From contig QPGO01000037.1 of the NCBI GenBank assembly GCA_008632985.1, positions 186,001-250,000 of the forward strand: DNA of 64,000 nucleotides, given 5' to 3'. The notes under the pieces are model-generated. The model did no database searches and was not told where the DNA came from. It saw only the letters and a program-made list of their open reading frames with translations. Source of the DNA: Psammoneis japonica (Eukaryota). Both the position numbers and the translations under genes were made by a program. Each line of letters opens with the position of its first letter. The first letter of the stretch is position 1. Shown in pieces: positions 24,497-36,178 of the stretch.

Positions 24497-25105
24497 TCAT
24501 AGTGTTTTTGATATTTTGTAAAGTTGAATAAGCCCTTGTATGCAATATAAAACAGTCTACCACGACCTTGTCTTTTTGGGAATCATGTAGGGCGTCAATC
24601 AGTTTATGAGCTGCGTCGCAGCCTCTTGGAGGATCTTGTACTTCTTTGTCCAAAGACACGTGCCGACTTTATACTGTTGCACAATCCGTAGCACCGTCCC
24701 AGTTCGCAACACATGCCGCCGTCATTGCGTCACATCAAGGGTATCACGAGCTGTAGTCACACATCGGCGAACTGTGGTAGCAATGTCTACACTGATGGAT
24801 CACCCTGGCTTGGCACGTTTCCAAAATTAACATTGCATGAAACGCTTCGTTGCATCTTCACGTGTACACATATCAGCTTCTTGGTTTCTATTAGGAATCA
24901 CAGCCTGGCCATCAACAAGTCAAGGTAATTCAGCAAGTGATGGTCTGTGTTACCCAACTCAAACTGCGGAGCAATTGGGTAACCGCGTGACAAACTCGTC
25001 ACCAGCCAAATTGGGATGAATTCCGTAGTTATCAGAAATCTGCTACTCACGCCCCGAATGCCACCGTCATGGCTCAAAACGCATCTGTATACCCCGTCCC
25101 GTAGC

Positions 25106-26156
25106 TTACTCAAGACCCAAAGCTTTGCGGTTGGCTGCCTTGTTACACCTGTACTAGCAAAATCATCAAAATCCCTGGAAGCTACGGGGATGATCCAGTC
25201 AGCAATGCGCTCAGCGCCTTCTTTGGCTCCAGCTGAACTGTCTTTTAGACAGCACTCCCATTCCAGGACAGCCATCCATCATAGTCATACTGGGCAAGCT
25301 TGCTAAAGACGGATTGGAAATCTACTTGGCCGTCGCCCACACTGCGGAAGCGACCTGCACGTCCATCCATGGCAGATATCCACCGTAGGCACCGGTTCGG
25401 GCATTCGGACGGACCTCAGCATCCTTCACGTGAAAGGCTTTAATGCGTTCATGATAGAGGTCAATGTAGCCGAGATAATCCATGCCTTGAAGCACGAGGT
25501 GTGACGGATCGTAGAGCACATTGGCACGCTTGTGTCCGCCCACCACTTTAAAAAACGTTCGAACGTGGCGCCGTCGTGAAGGTCCTCGCCGGGATGAATT
25601 TCATAGGCAACATCTACACCACAATCATCAAAGTGGTCGAGTATGGGCATCCATCGGTGCCCCAGCTCTTGAAAGGCTTCCTCTATCAAACCGGCAGGAC
25701 GTTGAGGCCATGGATACAAGTACGGCCAGGCAAGCGAGCCTGAAAACGTTGCATGCGCCGTGAGGCCCAGACGCTGCGAGGCTTGTCCCGCCAGTCTTAA
25801 TTGGTCAATGGCCCAATCCGTCCGAGCCTTTGCATTCCCATGTAAGTGTTTCGGTGCAAAGGCGTCAAATTGTGCGTCAAAGGCCGGGTGAACCGCCACC
25901 AATTGACCCTGGAGGTGCGTACTGAGTTCGGTAATTTCAATGCCGTGTTGGGCGGCAATGCCTTTGAGTTCATCGGCAGCATCTTGGCTGGACGCCACTT
26001 TTTCCAAATCATAAATCGACCGTCCCACGAAGGAATCTGAATGCCTTTGTATCCAAGCTGTGCGGCCCACTTGCAAATGCTTGGCCATGAGTTGAACGGA
26101 GCCACGTTGTCGGCAAATTGGGCAACAAAAATGGCCGGTCCTTTTAATGTTTTCAT
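25106..26156 (-). CDS. Bacterial-type sugar phosphate isomerase/epimerase (xylose isomerase-like TIM barrel), broken by ~5 frameshifts (assembly error or young pseudogene)
   Basis: Stitched frames: MKTLKGPAIFVAQF..GYKGIQIP / ELSTHLQGQLVAVHP..YPWPQRP..YEIHPGED / YDPSH..FHVKDAE / RAGRFRSVGDGQVDF / VLEWECC..FDDFA. No introns; metal ligands E, D, H, E retained. Confidence 0.85.
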
Positions 26157-26469
26157 GGTACAAGTAGAGTTTGCATTAAACTTTTTTGTAATATCCTGTT
26201 TGCATTTGTGCGTTGTGAGTTGTGTGTGCTGCATGCCACACCAACTTCCATGCCATGGTGATGCGAGACATAACATGGGGCGATGCGTGAAAGATCGCGA
26301 TGATCTGGATCCAGTCGAAAAATCCAAAATCTCAAGTTTACTGTAGCATACAGCGGCGCAGCCCTGATTCGATCGCGAGCGCACTGTAGCGGACACGAAC
26401 AGAGGTGTCGTCAACCAGCTGGCAGAGTGCCCAAGCTGCCGCAAAGCTCGGTTCCGATCCTGTGCCAAG

Positions 26470-28870
26470 CTCACCAGTGGCAAGATTGGAAAGAACAGCT
26501 GCAACGGACATGGAGAGTGCATGCAATGGCCAGAAAGACACGATGAACTGGTCTTGCAGCAAAGCCAGGGCTTGCATCAGAAGAGAGCTTGGCTGGCTCC
26601 AGAGCTGTGGCCAGCCCCCCAGCAGCTGCAGTTGCAGAGTGTGCTGGGCCAAAGAGCAGAAAAATGGAAATCAACTGATGCCTGTCATGTCAATCACATT
26701 GGATTTGTGTTCTTCAATGTTGCATCTGTGGTCATTGACAACAGCAAAGGCGCCCCAAAGTCATGTGCCTCACAGGCAGCATCATCAAGAACACGCCAAA
26801 GAGTCAGCCGGGAAGCACACTGCACAAATTGCAAAAAACAGCTTTGCTGTCTCGTTCCACCTCTGCCAAATGTGACAGCTCATGTGCATGGAGCATTTGC
26901 ATTTGAGCTGCATGACAGAAAATCCCCCCAGGGAATCCTCAAACAGACCAGCTGAAAACTCAGTGTGCAGCTGTCTTGGTTCTCTGACAAAGCACCCATC
27001 AAAGTCATTTCCAGTCAACTCCTGGATTGCAGAAAAATGGAAATGGAAGGATCAGGGGAGAACTTTGTGCATGGATCTGTGGGTGGCATTGGAATCAGCA
27101 GTGTTGGAGCTCCCGTCAGGCACAGCACAGGTGGAAGCACTGAAAATTGAAGCTGGAGGTCAAGCCCGATTCTGATGTGTTGGAGGTCTCCAGATGGTGG
27201 CTGTGCCATTGGCAGCCCAATTGGCTTCTGAGTGGCAGGAGGCACTGTCAAGAGTGATGTTGAAATCAGAGATGGAAGTGGGGACAGCAGAGACACAGGC
27301 GGGAGGACTGGACTCTGAGTTGAAGGTCGTGTGCTCAATGGTGGAGGAGACTTTGGAGGAAGAAGAGCAGGATCTGAGGTTTGAGGTGGAGACAGGAAGG
27401 ATTTGGCACAGGAGGAGGTGGTGTGAGGAGGGCAGGACTTCATGTTGGAGATGACACCAGAGGAAATGTGGGGCTTGAAGACAGAGTTGGAGACACAGAA
27501 GTGCAGGGCTGGTTGTTGGGGCAGGTGCTTTGGCACTGAGAACAGCGGAGTCAATGTGGGGGATTTGTTGGCTGGAGCTTCATCATTGACAAGTTGCTGA
27601 CAGAGCAGGAGAGGTTGTTGGAGGACAGGACATCAGCAGGCCAGTTTCTGAGGGAGTGTTTTGATGTTGCTTTGTCCAGGAGAAGCTCTCTCTTGTGATG
27701 GCCACTGCACCAGCTGTGGCACCTGCCAGAACAAAGGTCACAAGAATGCCTTGGCAAAGCAGTGGTGCATTTCACTTCCCAGTTGAGCAACAGGCTTTGT
27801 TGTCAGCAATTGCTTTATCTTCAGGATGTTGAAAGAGCTTGGCCATTAGAGCCAGATGTGCAGGTGACCACAACCTCTCCAGCTGCACTTCTTCTTTGCT
27901 GATGGCCATCCTCACAAAAACCAGCATCTCTTCATCATCAGTGCAGCCCAGATGCTCACATTGCCATCTTCTCTGTGAGTGTCAGGAAACACAGTTGGCT
28001 GCACCATCATGGAGTCAATTTCTTTCATCCTCTCACATTGCTGCAGTTGTTTGCAGATTCTTTGCTCAAGTGGCAATGGTCGCCTTCTTGATGCCTCTGG
28101 TCATCCTGTGCACCATCATTCTGGTCACTCACAGGATCTTCCAGAAACAGGTTCAAACCATCATGTGGCTTTGTCCTCATGTCATCATGCCAGTGTCACT
28201 CACAGCATTCTCTGTGTTGTGCTGACTTGCTGCTGCTTGAAAATGATGTGCAATTGTGTTGCTGAGACCTGTGCCCCAATGCAAGGTCCTTTGCTGCTTT
28301 GTGCCCGAGCCAAGTCTGGCATTCTCCCACAGTTTTTGTCAATCATTGAAGGCAGCAGGGAAGGACCAACCAAGTGGTGGGTGCAATGTGTGGGGCTGAA
28401 GGGTTCATTGCTTGCTCTAGATTGTTCAACTTTGCTTTGTTGTGATTTGGGAGGTGGAACAAGTGATGTTTTCTGCTGGCTTCACAGGTGGTTGGCGCGG
28501 CTTTGTCTTTTTTCAGGCCCTGTTTGTCGGCTGTGATTTCTTCCCGCACTTGTCAAAATTTTCTGAAAACCTTTCAATTTGTTTTTCTGGTCTTGCATTT
28601 GTGAAGTGAATGTGGAAGCAAGCAATGGAAACCATTGAATGCCTTGTCCATTTGTGTTTTTTGACTGCTCGCGGCTCTGCGCTTTTTCCAGCATCATCTT
28701 GTTCAGACAAAAAGTTGGGCCGCACAACCCACATTTTGTTGAACGACTCACAGCATTTCGTTGTTCTTCAGAGGTTCGATTGCATCGCTCTTGGAATTTT
28801 GTGGTGGTGGGTTTGCATCGCATGTCCTTCGGAAAGATGCAGTGGAAAAGCTCCTTGTTGTTGTGTGGAG
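26470..28870. other. Hypermutated (CpG/TpA-depleted) domain C
   Basis: TG/CA-rich with almost no TA or CG; CpG reappears gradually after ~28490. Confidence 0.85.
27015..27800 (-). pseudogene. Decayed leucine-rich-repeat protein gene with Pro/Ser/Thr stalk
   Basis: Minus fragments RELLLD..NIKTLP/PSETGLL..LSSNNLSCS match the LRR consensus LxLxxNxLxGxIPSEIGLL, followed by a long P/S/T-rich stretch. Confidence 0.45.
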
Positions 28871-29126
28871 TTGATGGACGGCGACGGAAAATTCAATCAA
28901 ATCGAGCGTGCATCCGTCAGTCAGCCGGCAGTCCTGGTTGGAGCACCCGGAGGTTGATTCGATCGCGCGCTTGCGGGCTCGGCCGGGAGATAAACAAATC
29001 AGAAACGACAAACTCAAAAAACTGAAAAAACGAGCACTGCCCCACAACAACAACAACAGAGAAACAAAGAGATCAGACCATGAAGACACCACCGATTGAT
29101 GTCAGTCTCTCATAGAACGTTTCGCC

Positions 29127-30155
29127 ATGCTATCTATTTCGGGCAACTTCGACAACGATGCATGCGCAGCTTTCACGATTGTGGCTTGGAGTAAATTTCT
29201 CACCACAGCCGACCTCGGACGATTGATGCTTCTCACCTGCAAACGTGTTTCGAAGGAGGCGTTCTATGACCACCAAGAACTTTACAAGTGCATGTGTGCC
29301 AGTGAATGGAGTTGGGACAATGTTGATGAAGTCATACAGTGGACGGGGATGACACCCAAGCAAATTTTCCGTATTCTGATGGGACCGAAGCTGACGGCAC
29401 TGCCACCGAAGTTGAACGTGGACCCACCGATTGGATCACGTTACGCGCGTGCGTCCACACCGCGGCTTCGGCGGAGGCTGCTTTCAGGAGCTTTGCCAGT
29501 TCCGCTGCGTCCTCTTCAGCATCGCCCGGAAGATTACCTCTTTGACCTAAGGATTACTCCCCATCTTGGCAGGTGCTATGGTAAACGGCCAATAATGAAG
29601 CTTGGAAGCCCGATCATTCACCAAACCATTCGGGGAGACAAGCTTTCGGATTTTTTCGAAAGTGGCGAGGCTGAAATCCACTTTGACCAACCCATTTTCA
29701 AGGTTCTGATTCTTCCCAAAGGGAAATGGTCTGGCTTTGACTATATTGCCGAGATTCAACTGTTGCGAGTTCCGGACTCTACTTTGATACCTGAGCTATG
29801 TTTCGCCAGCTATGTTGACAGGTTTCTTTCAAAAAGCCAAAGTGATGTTGTTAATGTGTATCGTGGAAATCGCTTGCACCACACATACAGTCGTCAGTAC
29901 CCCGTTACTTCCGAATACGGAGTTCGTCTCATGAGGCGTCACCTCCCTTTCTGGAAAAAATGTTTTTCGTTTGTGCCTCGACTTCTCTATCGCACCTCGA
30001 CCACAGAGGACTCATTTGAAGTCTATGGTTTTCAACTTTGTGCCATGGGTTGGGATGGATGCCACGACCAAATTTATCGAGTGAAGCATCAGGAAATGAA
30101 AGAGCAGATTCCTTTTGCTCATTTCTTGGAGGAAATTATGGAGCGTTATGCATAG
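29127..30155 (+). CDS. Hypothetical protein with F-box-like N-terminus
   Basis: 342-aa intact ORF of normal composition. FLTTADLGRLMLLTCKRV loosely resembles an F-box. Confidence 0.65.
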   Translation: MLSISGNFDNDACAAFTIVAWSKFLTTADLGRLMLLTCKRVSKEAFYDHQELYKCMCASEWSWDNVDEVIQWTGMTPKQIFRILMGPKLTALPPKLNVDPPIGSRYARASTPRLRRRLLSGALPVPLRPLQHRPEDYLFDLRITPHLGRCYGKRPIMKLGSPIIHQTIRGDKLSDFFESGEAEIHFDQPIFKVLILPKGKWSGFDYIAEIQLLRVPDSTLIPELCFASYVDRFLSKSQSDVVNVYRGNRLHHTYSRQYPVTSEYGVRLMRRHLPFWKKCFSFVPRLLYRTSTTEDSFEVYGFQLCAMGWDGCHDQIYRVKHQEMKEQIPFAHFLEEIMERYA

Positions 30156-30557
30156 ATGGTGCCATCGCAGTTGGCTTTTGCGCAAAATTTTCCAATTCTA
30201 CGGGGTGAATGTTTATAACTCTCCAAACGCTCTTCAACTCAGCTCCGAAGTCCTGTAGTTGCACTTAATTTGATGTGTAAGAGACTTATTGCTACCATGA
30301 CTGTTATTTGTACCGGGTCAGTTGGAGACAAGGCAATTTATTTTTGTAGCAGAGCTCAATGCTTCGCTTCCATGCATGATTGGACATGACGCGGTGCCTT
30401 GTATCCCTCGAGAGAGGGGCGCAAGACGAGCGTTTCAGTACGTAGTCCATTAGTCGACATGAAAAGTGCTTGACACAGGATAGAGATCTACTGCGTCACT
30501 CTCCACAACAGAGTAGGTTTAAGACCATCCACTCTAGGTGCTGTTGGGCTGTTTTTG

Positions 30558-30908
30558 TCATGCAGAAACTTTCACAACGAAGAGGCTGAGATGCCAACGC
30601 ACAACATTCTGCAGCGACAAACTCCTGCTTGCTGCTGATCGATGCGAATAGTTACTTCTCCGCCCATGCAAACGCTGGAAGACACGAGGATCGAAGTCGC
30701 TCTTCAGACCATCCCAGTAGAGAGCATTTATATCCGATTTGTTCTCCGGACTCAACTTGGAACACGCAAATTTGCTTGAGACCCTCCTCGTCAACACATC
30801 GTATTCTTGCGGCATGATGCGTGTAATTTCATGCATGCCTGGGCTCATCAAAAGACAGAGAAGGACAAGAAAGGTGACAAGTCTTGTGGCATGGCTGGCA
30901 TTCTTCAC
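30558..30908 (-). pseudogene. Truncated gene fragment with N-terminal signal anchor
   Basis: RLVTFLVLLCLLM hydrophobic stretch, then coding-like sequence with no long open frame downstream. Confidence 0.3.
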
Positions 30909-31870
30909 TTGATGATGTGGAGTGCTCCCTTGATCTCATTTTGTCAGGCCTTGTCGTTGTGAGAAGGAAAACGATGACAGAGATGGGAATGAAAGGGACA
31001 ACATTGAGAAAGGTTCACACTGTAAAAATGGCAAAAGGTGGAGAGGGAGGTCAGGAGGAGGGGCTGTTTTGGGAGATGCACATCAAAGCACTGCTGAAGC
31101 AGGGAGTGTCAGCCCTGTCAGCATTGTGAGGGGCAAGAGAGGGGTGGTCTCAAACATCACTGTGCTGGTCTGTTGCATTTTTCGTCTGTTTAAAGTTGAC
31201 AGCCACACAGGGGGGTTGTGCACACCACGTGTGGGGCGGCCCTGCCCCTGCTCCACATGTGCATGAATGCCAGGCAGGCACACAGCCAACAGTCTGACAT
31301 CAACACAAAAATGAGTGCCGAGCACAGGCAGCTGGAAACTTGTTCTGAAACCTCCCTCCCTCACAATCTGCTGGATTTTCACTGCAGCAACTCAACTTTT
31401 TGCCAGCTCAAGCACTGCCATTTGCAAACATTGTGTTGGCAGACCTGGCAGTTGGCAAATGGGCAGAGTCTACATCAAGCTGGCTGGGTAAAACAGCTGT
31501 CATGCACCACAAAATGTGTGTGAGGGAAAAAGTGGCAAAAAAGCAAAGCCATTTGCTGCCTGCCTCGGCTCCACTTTGAAGGCTGGTGTCTGAAGTTCTG
31601 GTTCAAACACAAAGTTGCACCCATGACTTCCAAGCAGCCCACAAGTTGGTGGTCATTTCAAGATCTTGCCAAATGCGTGGGTGCTCTGTGCCCTGCTCTT
31701 GTCATGCCAGCAGCACAAGCCTTTGTGGGCACAACACGAGTGAAAACACAGCTCAGAAAAACCGGAAGAGAGAAGCAAGAGAGTTTTTGAGAAGGCTAAA
31801 AATGCCATGCATTGGCACTGCAACAGCCAACACACAGAATGCCGACATCTCTAGCTCCTCTCTAGCTAGC
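30850..31870. other. Hypermutated (CpG/TpA-depleted) domain D
   Basis: Same composition; right edge ends at CTCTAGCTCCTCTCTAGCTAGC. Confidence 0.8.
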
Positions 31871-32028
31871 CGCCACCCACTGTTGCTGCCTGGTGGCTAC
31901 AGACCTCGCACTGGTGCAGTTGTCAGGTTGAGCGCGACCAACCACCGACTCACATCGCTGGAAGAGAATTACTAACATTCCCAAATGACGACAACCACCA
32001 ACGTTGGATTTGGTAACAGTTCTACTCA

Positions 32029-32085
32029 TGACGTCACAACGATCTTCGAAGAAGGGAATCGAAGAATTCTATTGCTTTCGAAAAA
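32029..32085 (+). promoter_or_regulatory. TGACGTCA bZIP site and GAA/TTC pentamer cluster (heat-shock-element-like) upstream of HSP20
   Basis: TGACGTCA at 32029-32036. nGAAn at 32050, 32055 and 32060; nTTCn at 32044, 32066 and 32076. Spacing is not a perfect canonical HSE. Confidence 0.4.
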
Positions 32086-32202
32086 TTGACACCAAAAAAC
32101 GACGAAAAGCAAACTTCATTTTTCTTCTCACAATTTGAAACAAAACGAAATTGACAGTCAACTGTTACTTATCGCATCAGTCAACCAAGCAACTACAGCA
32201 CC

Positions 32203-32700
32203 ATGTCGCTACGACGCTACGACCCTTTCTTCTCCAATGGCTTTGATGATATCTTTGAACCAAGCCCGGCATTCTTCTCTTCGGCTTTGGATCTGATGCC
32301 GGTATTGTCATCTCGCCGTACTGCTGAGCCCAACTCTATTCTTCGTAGAGCTTCTCCAGGATTCGAAATCAACGAGAATGATAAGCAGTTTCAGATCTCC
32401 ATGGACTTGCCAGGTGTCCGCCCCGACGACATGAAGGTCGAGCTTGTCAACAATGGACGCGTTCTAAAAGTTCACGGAGGCCGCAAGGTCGTCAAGGAGA
32501 ACAACGTTTCCGAGACCAAGTTTGAAAAGAGCTTCACAATTGGAGACAATGTTGACACGACCAAGCTTGCTGCGAATCTTGCCGACGGTGTTATGACCAT
32601 CACCGCTCCAAAGAAAGAGCCCGAAAAGCCAAAGACTCAGACGATCGCCATTACTTCCAACCCCCATCCACAGCTACTCGAGGAGAAGAAGGAGGAGTAA
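32203..32700 (+). CDS. HSP20: Small heat shock protein (HSP20/alpha-crystallin domain)
   Basis: DLPGVRPDDMKVE..VLKVHGGR..FEKSFTI..ANLADGVMTITAPK. Confidence 0.95.
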   Translation: MSLRRYDPFFSNGFDDIFEPSPAFFSSALDLMPVLSSRRTAEPNSILRRASPGFEINENDKQFQISMDLPGVRPDDMKVELVNNGRVLKVHGGRKVVKENNVSETKFEKSFTIGDNVDTTKLAANLADGVMTITAPKKEPEKPKTQTIAITSNPHPQLLEEKKEE

Positions 32701-33054
32701 AGTAACCGCAATCGGTTTTTTATGAAGAAGACAACGTTAGTATTGCAAGCCAAAAGCAAGAATGGGACCGCATTTGAATCTCTCCGGATATGATGCGGGG
32801 CCCCATGATAGCAGGTCTTAGTCATAAAGTAGATAAATCGACCGCTCAGTAGGATTGGATTTATATTCAAAACGAGTCCTTTGCATACATCATTCTACAA
32901 CTGGAACCATCATTGAACATTTGCGATCATTGAACATCGATCTCAGGGTAACCAAAACAACCAGCGAGGGCGTCGTTGCGGTCTTTTTGCAGTCGTTTCA
33001 TGCTTTTTTCTTTGTACGACTAGAGATGACGCTTTGTTGCTAATCAGTTTGTTT

Positions 33055-35203
33055 TTAATTTATTGCATTTTGACAGGCACAGCATGCTTCATTGGCTGTC
33101 TTTCCCAAATTGGCAAAGCCGTCTCCAAATTTCTCACAGCGACCTTCCTGCGCGTACCATTCACAATTAAAATCAGTTCCTTCACTGTCGTGCCACTTTG
33201 GGACGTCCTTGCAACTTGTAGCAGCTGAAGTGATAGTCCCACCACCACAAGCGCAGCAAGCGTCATCGGCTGTTTGCCCAGAGGCGTTTGCAAAGCCACT
33301 TCCATAAACCGCACAGTTGCTCTTTTGGGCATACCATGCGCAATCGAATGTGGCGCCTTCCGCATCATGCCATCCTGGGAAGTCAGTACAAGTTCCACCA
33401 CCGCCGCCTCCGCTACCGCCATTCAAGATTGTAAGAGCGGCATCAGCTTGAACGAGACCGTTTCCATACCTAATGTCCTTTCCGATTTCGCCCAAATCTT
33501 GTGCAGACTGCTCTAGAGCTCTTCTCAACTCTGCTCCAGTGGCCGAAGGAACAGCACTCTTTAGTAAAGCTGCCACGCCGGAAACATGAGGCGTCGCCAT
33601 GCTTGTCCCGTCGATGGCGCCGAATCCTTGTGTGTTTCCTCGGCAAATTGTACAACGGCCGACTGGAAACGTTGAGAGGACGCCGACCCCCGGCGCCACG
33701 ATATCGACTTGTGAATTGGTCTGGGAAAAGGAAGCCAGGCGCTTGGAGCGATTCACTGCTCCGACAGACATGACGGATGGATAACTTGCTGGAAAGGAAA
33801 AGCTCGAGTCACCGCCGTTACCTGCAGCGGCAACCAGCAAAATACCATCATCAGCGAGAGCTTTGAAAACGTTGTCTTCAAAGTTGGTTCTTCGTGGTCC
33901 GCCAAGACTCATGCTTATAATATCTGCTCCATTTGCTCGGCATATTCTTGCGGCATTGTATACACCCGTCGAAGAAGAAAATCCGCAATCATTGCCAAAC
34001 ACTCGAACCGTAAATATTTCTGCATCCGGGGCGACTCCAATAACCCCCAAGTTATTGTCTTTGCCGCTGATCGTGCCACTGTTGGTTGAGAAAACGAATG
34101 CAAAGCGGTGAGATTGTGTGTCAACGAGGCAACAGTTCGTCGGACACTGAGAAACTTACCTTACATGTGTCCCGTGGCCGCAGCCATCCTGGAACCATGA
34201 TCCGGCGCCACTCAAGTTGCTATTGACAAAGTCCGGATGGTCGGCATCAATCCCACTATCAATGACACACACTTTCACGCCTTGGCCTGTTGCTCCTTGT
34301 GCCCACAAGGCAGGAGCTTCTACCAAATCAACACCATACGGTCGCGTCTCCATCAAGTTGCGCTCATCAAACAAATGGGATATATCCGCGTTGCTATCTC
34401 GAATGGACATTGGGTAGCGTGGGACATCCTTTTCCACCGATAGCACATTGGGGTCGTTCTCGATTTCTTCAATCTCCTTTTCCGTGCCCGTAACGACAAG
34501 CGTGTTCAAGTCATCGAAGTCAAAATCAACCTCGACCTCTGGTTCGTCGGCTGCACGGTGGGCACTGGCTATCTTCATTACATCCATTGTCCCGGATTTA
34601 CATCCGTCCTTGTAGGTTACAATGAAACGTTCCGTTGCTGGCTGTTGTTTGGGAGAGGGAATGGATCGACGTCGTTGACGGGTGCTTGCGTTTCACTTGG
34701 AGGACATACTGGTCGGCGTCGTTGTTGGGGTCTTGCATTTCATGTGGATTGAGATAGTGATCGACGTCGTTTAATGGTTTGGTATCGTCTTGGATGAAAC
34801 CTGTAACATCGTTGACTTTCTCGTCGTTTGCTAGATGGCGATCCACTTTGTGATGACGATCAGCTTTCTCTTGCGGTGATACATGGTTTTCGGATTGGAT
34901 ATGGCTGTCAAGATGAACCTTGGCCGCGTTGGGCTTTGTGTCTTTTGTAAGGAGACGAATCTTGCTATTGTCGTTTACGGGAGTAGCTTCTTTTCTGTCA
35001 ATGTGGGAGCCGCCTCGGAGGCCAGAGGCCTGAAAATGGTACAATCAGAAGCCATGTTAGAACACTCAACATTTAAAAATTCCATTTACTCTGTATTGAA
35101 TCGTGCTAGTTACCTTTTCTTCGTGCTCGATTGCTGAGACGGATGTAGATTTCCATGAGGTCAATAGCGAAAATGCAAGGAAAGCTGTAGAACTGAACTT
35201 CAT
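33055..35203 (-). CDS. Secreted subtilisin-like serine protease (S8) with propeptide and two C-terminal Cys-rich repeats
   Basis: Signal peptide [14 protein letters not shown]; introns 35113-35030 and 34159-34079; triad VIDSG / HGTHV / GTSMATPH; oxyanion AAAGN; tail 2x C.D.P.WHD.EG..F.C.WYAQ..C..ACCAC. Apparent frameshifts at ~34590-34700. Confidence 0.9.
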
Positions 35204-36178
35204 TGAATGCTGGCGTTGGATTCGGATCGTGTGAATACACTCTTTGCTTACGTTTGCTCGTTGGGGTTGGAGCTTTCGATTTGGATTTTGAAAATAGTGA
35301 GAACAGCGATCGATCTGGATCGCCGAATCATGCTCTCGCCGAATTCGACGAAAAGAGGCCTGGGCTTGCCTGGGCTTGCATTCGTTCACGCATTTCGAGG
35401 TCATGGAAAAGTGCGACCACCTTCATCAAATGTACGATGTACATAAACGAAGTCCACATTTCTGAGTTTTTGAAATTTTAGTGGAATCAATACCAAGGGT
35501 ACGTGCGTACATTTTCGCGTGCTCTCTTAGTATATTTGTCGCTTCAATAGCCCTCTCGTCAGCAACACTTAGTGGAGTCACGAGTGTCGTTCAAGGCATA
35601 TAGACATGACTAAGTTTGCGGCACGATTCAACTTGAGGAAATGAGGCGGGGCCGGACAAAGCAGAAGAAATGTTGTGGGGTGCGTGATGGCGAAGATCCA
35701 ATTCATTCGGCCATGAATCGACGCCTCGCGGCACGACTAGAGAGAAAACGGCCTGAGATGAAATGAGCGGAAGAAAAAGGGCAAGCTGCAATAGAGCAAA
35801 AGCACGACTAAAAGTACGCCACACGCGCCGCCGCACAAGAGAAACCCTCACTACCCGCGCACTACCGTAAGCACCAATCATTCGCGCAGCGTAGCAACGT
35901 ATGAGATGGAATTTGATTGATGTTCCAATCTCCTTGTTTTCCAATCCACAGAGAGAACTCTGCATGAGTGCACCTTCACAAGAAGACTGAAACTTCCATT
36001 TATCGGAGCATTTACCTGCTACGTTTCTCTCCTCGCTAGTCTAGTCATTGCATTTTATTAAGAGACAGAATTTCGGCGAAAGCGTCGAAGAAGACATTGC
36101 GAGGAGGGACCTTAGAAAGGTTCGCCAACTCAGCGTTAGTCGCCGAGGGCGAAAAAGAAATAATGACTGCTATGTGTG

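Noticed and set aside
25106..26156. Bacterial contamination or a prokaryotic operon
   Set aside because: Single bacterial-like gene within a contig of intron-containing diatom genes; no operon context.
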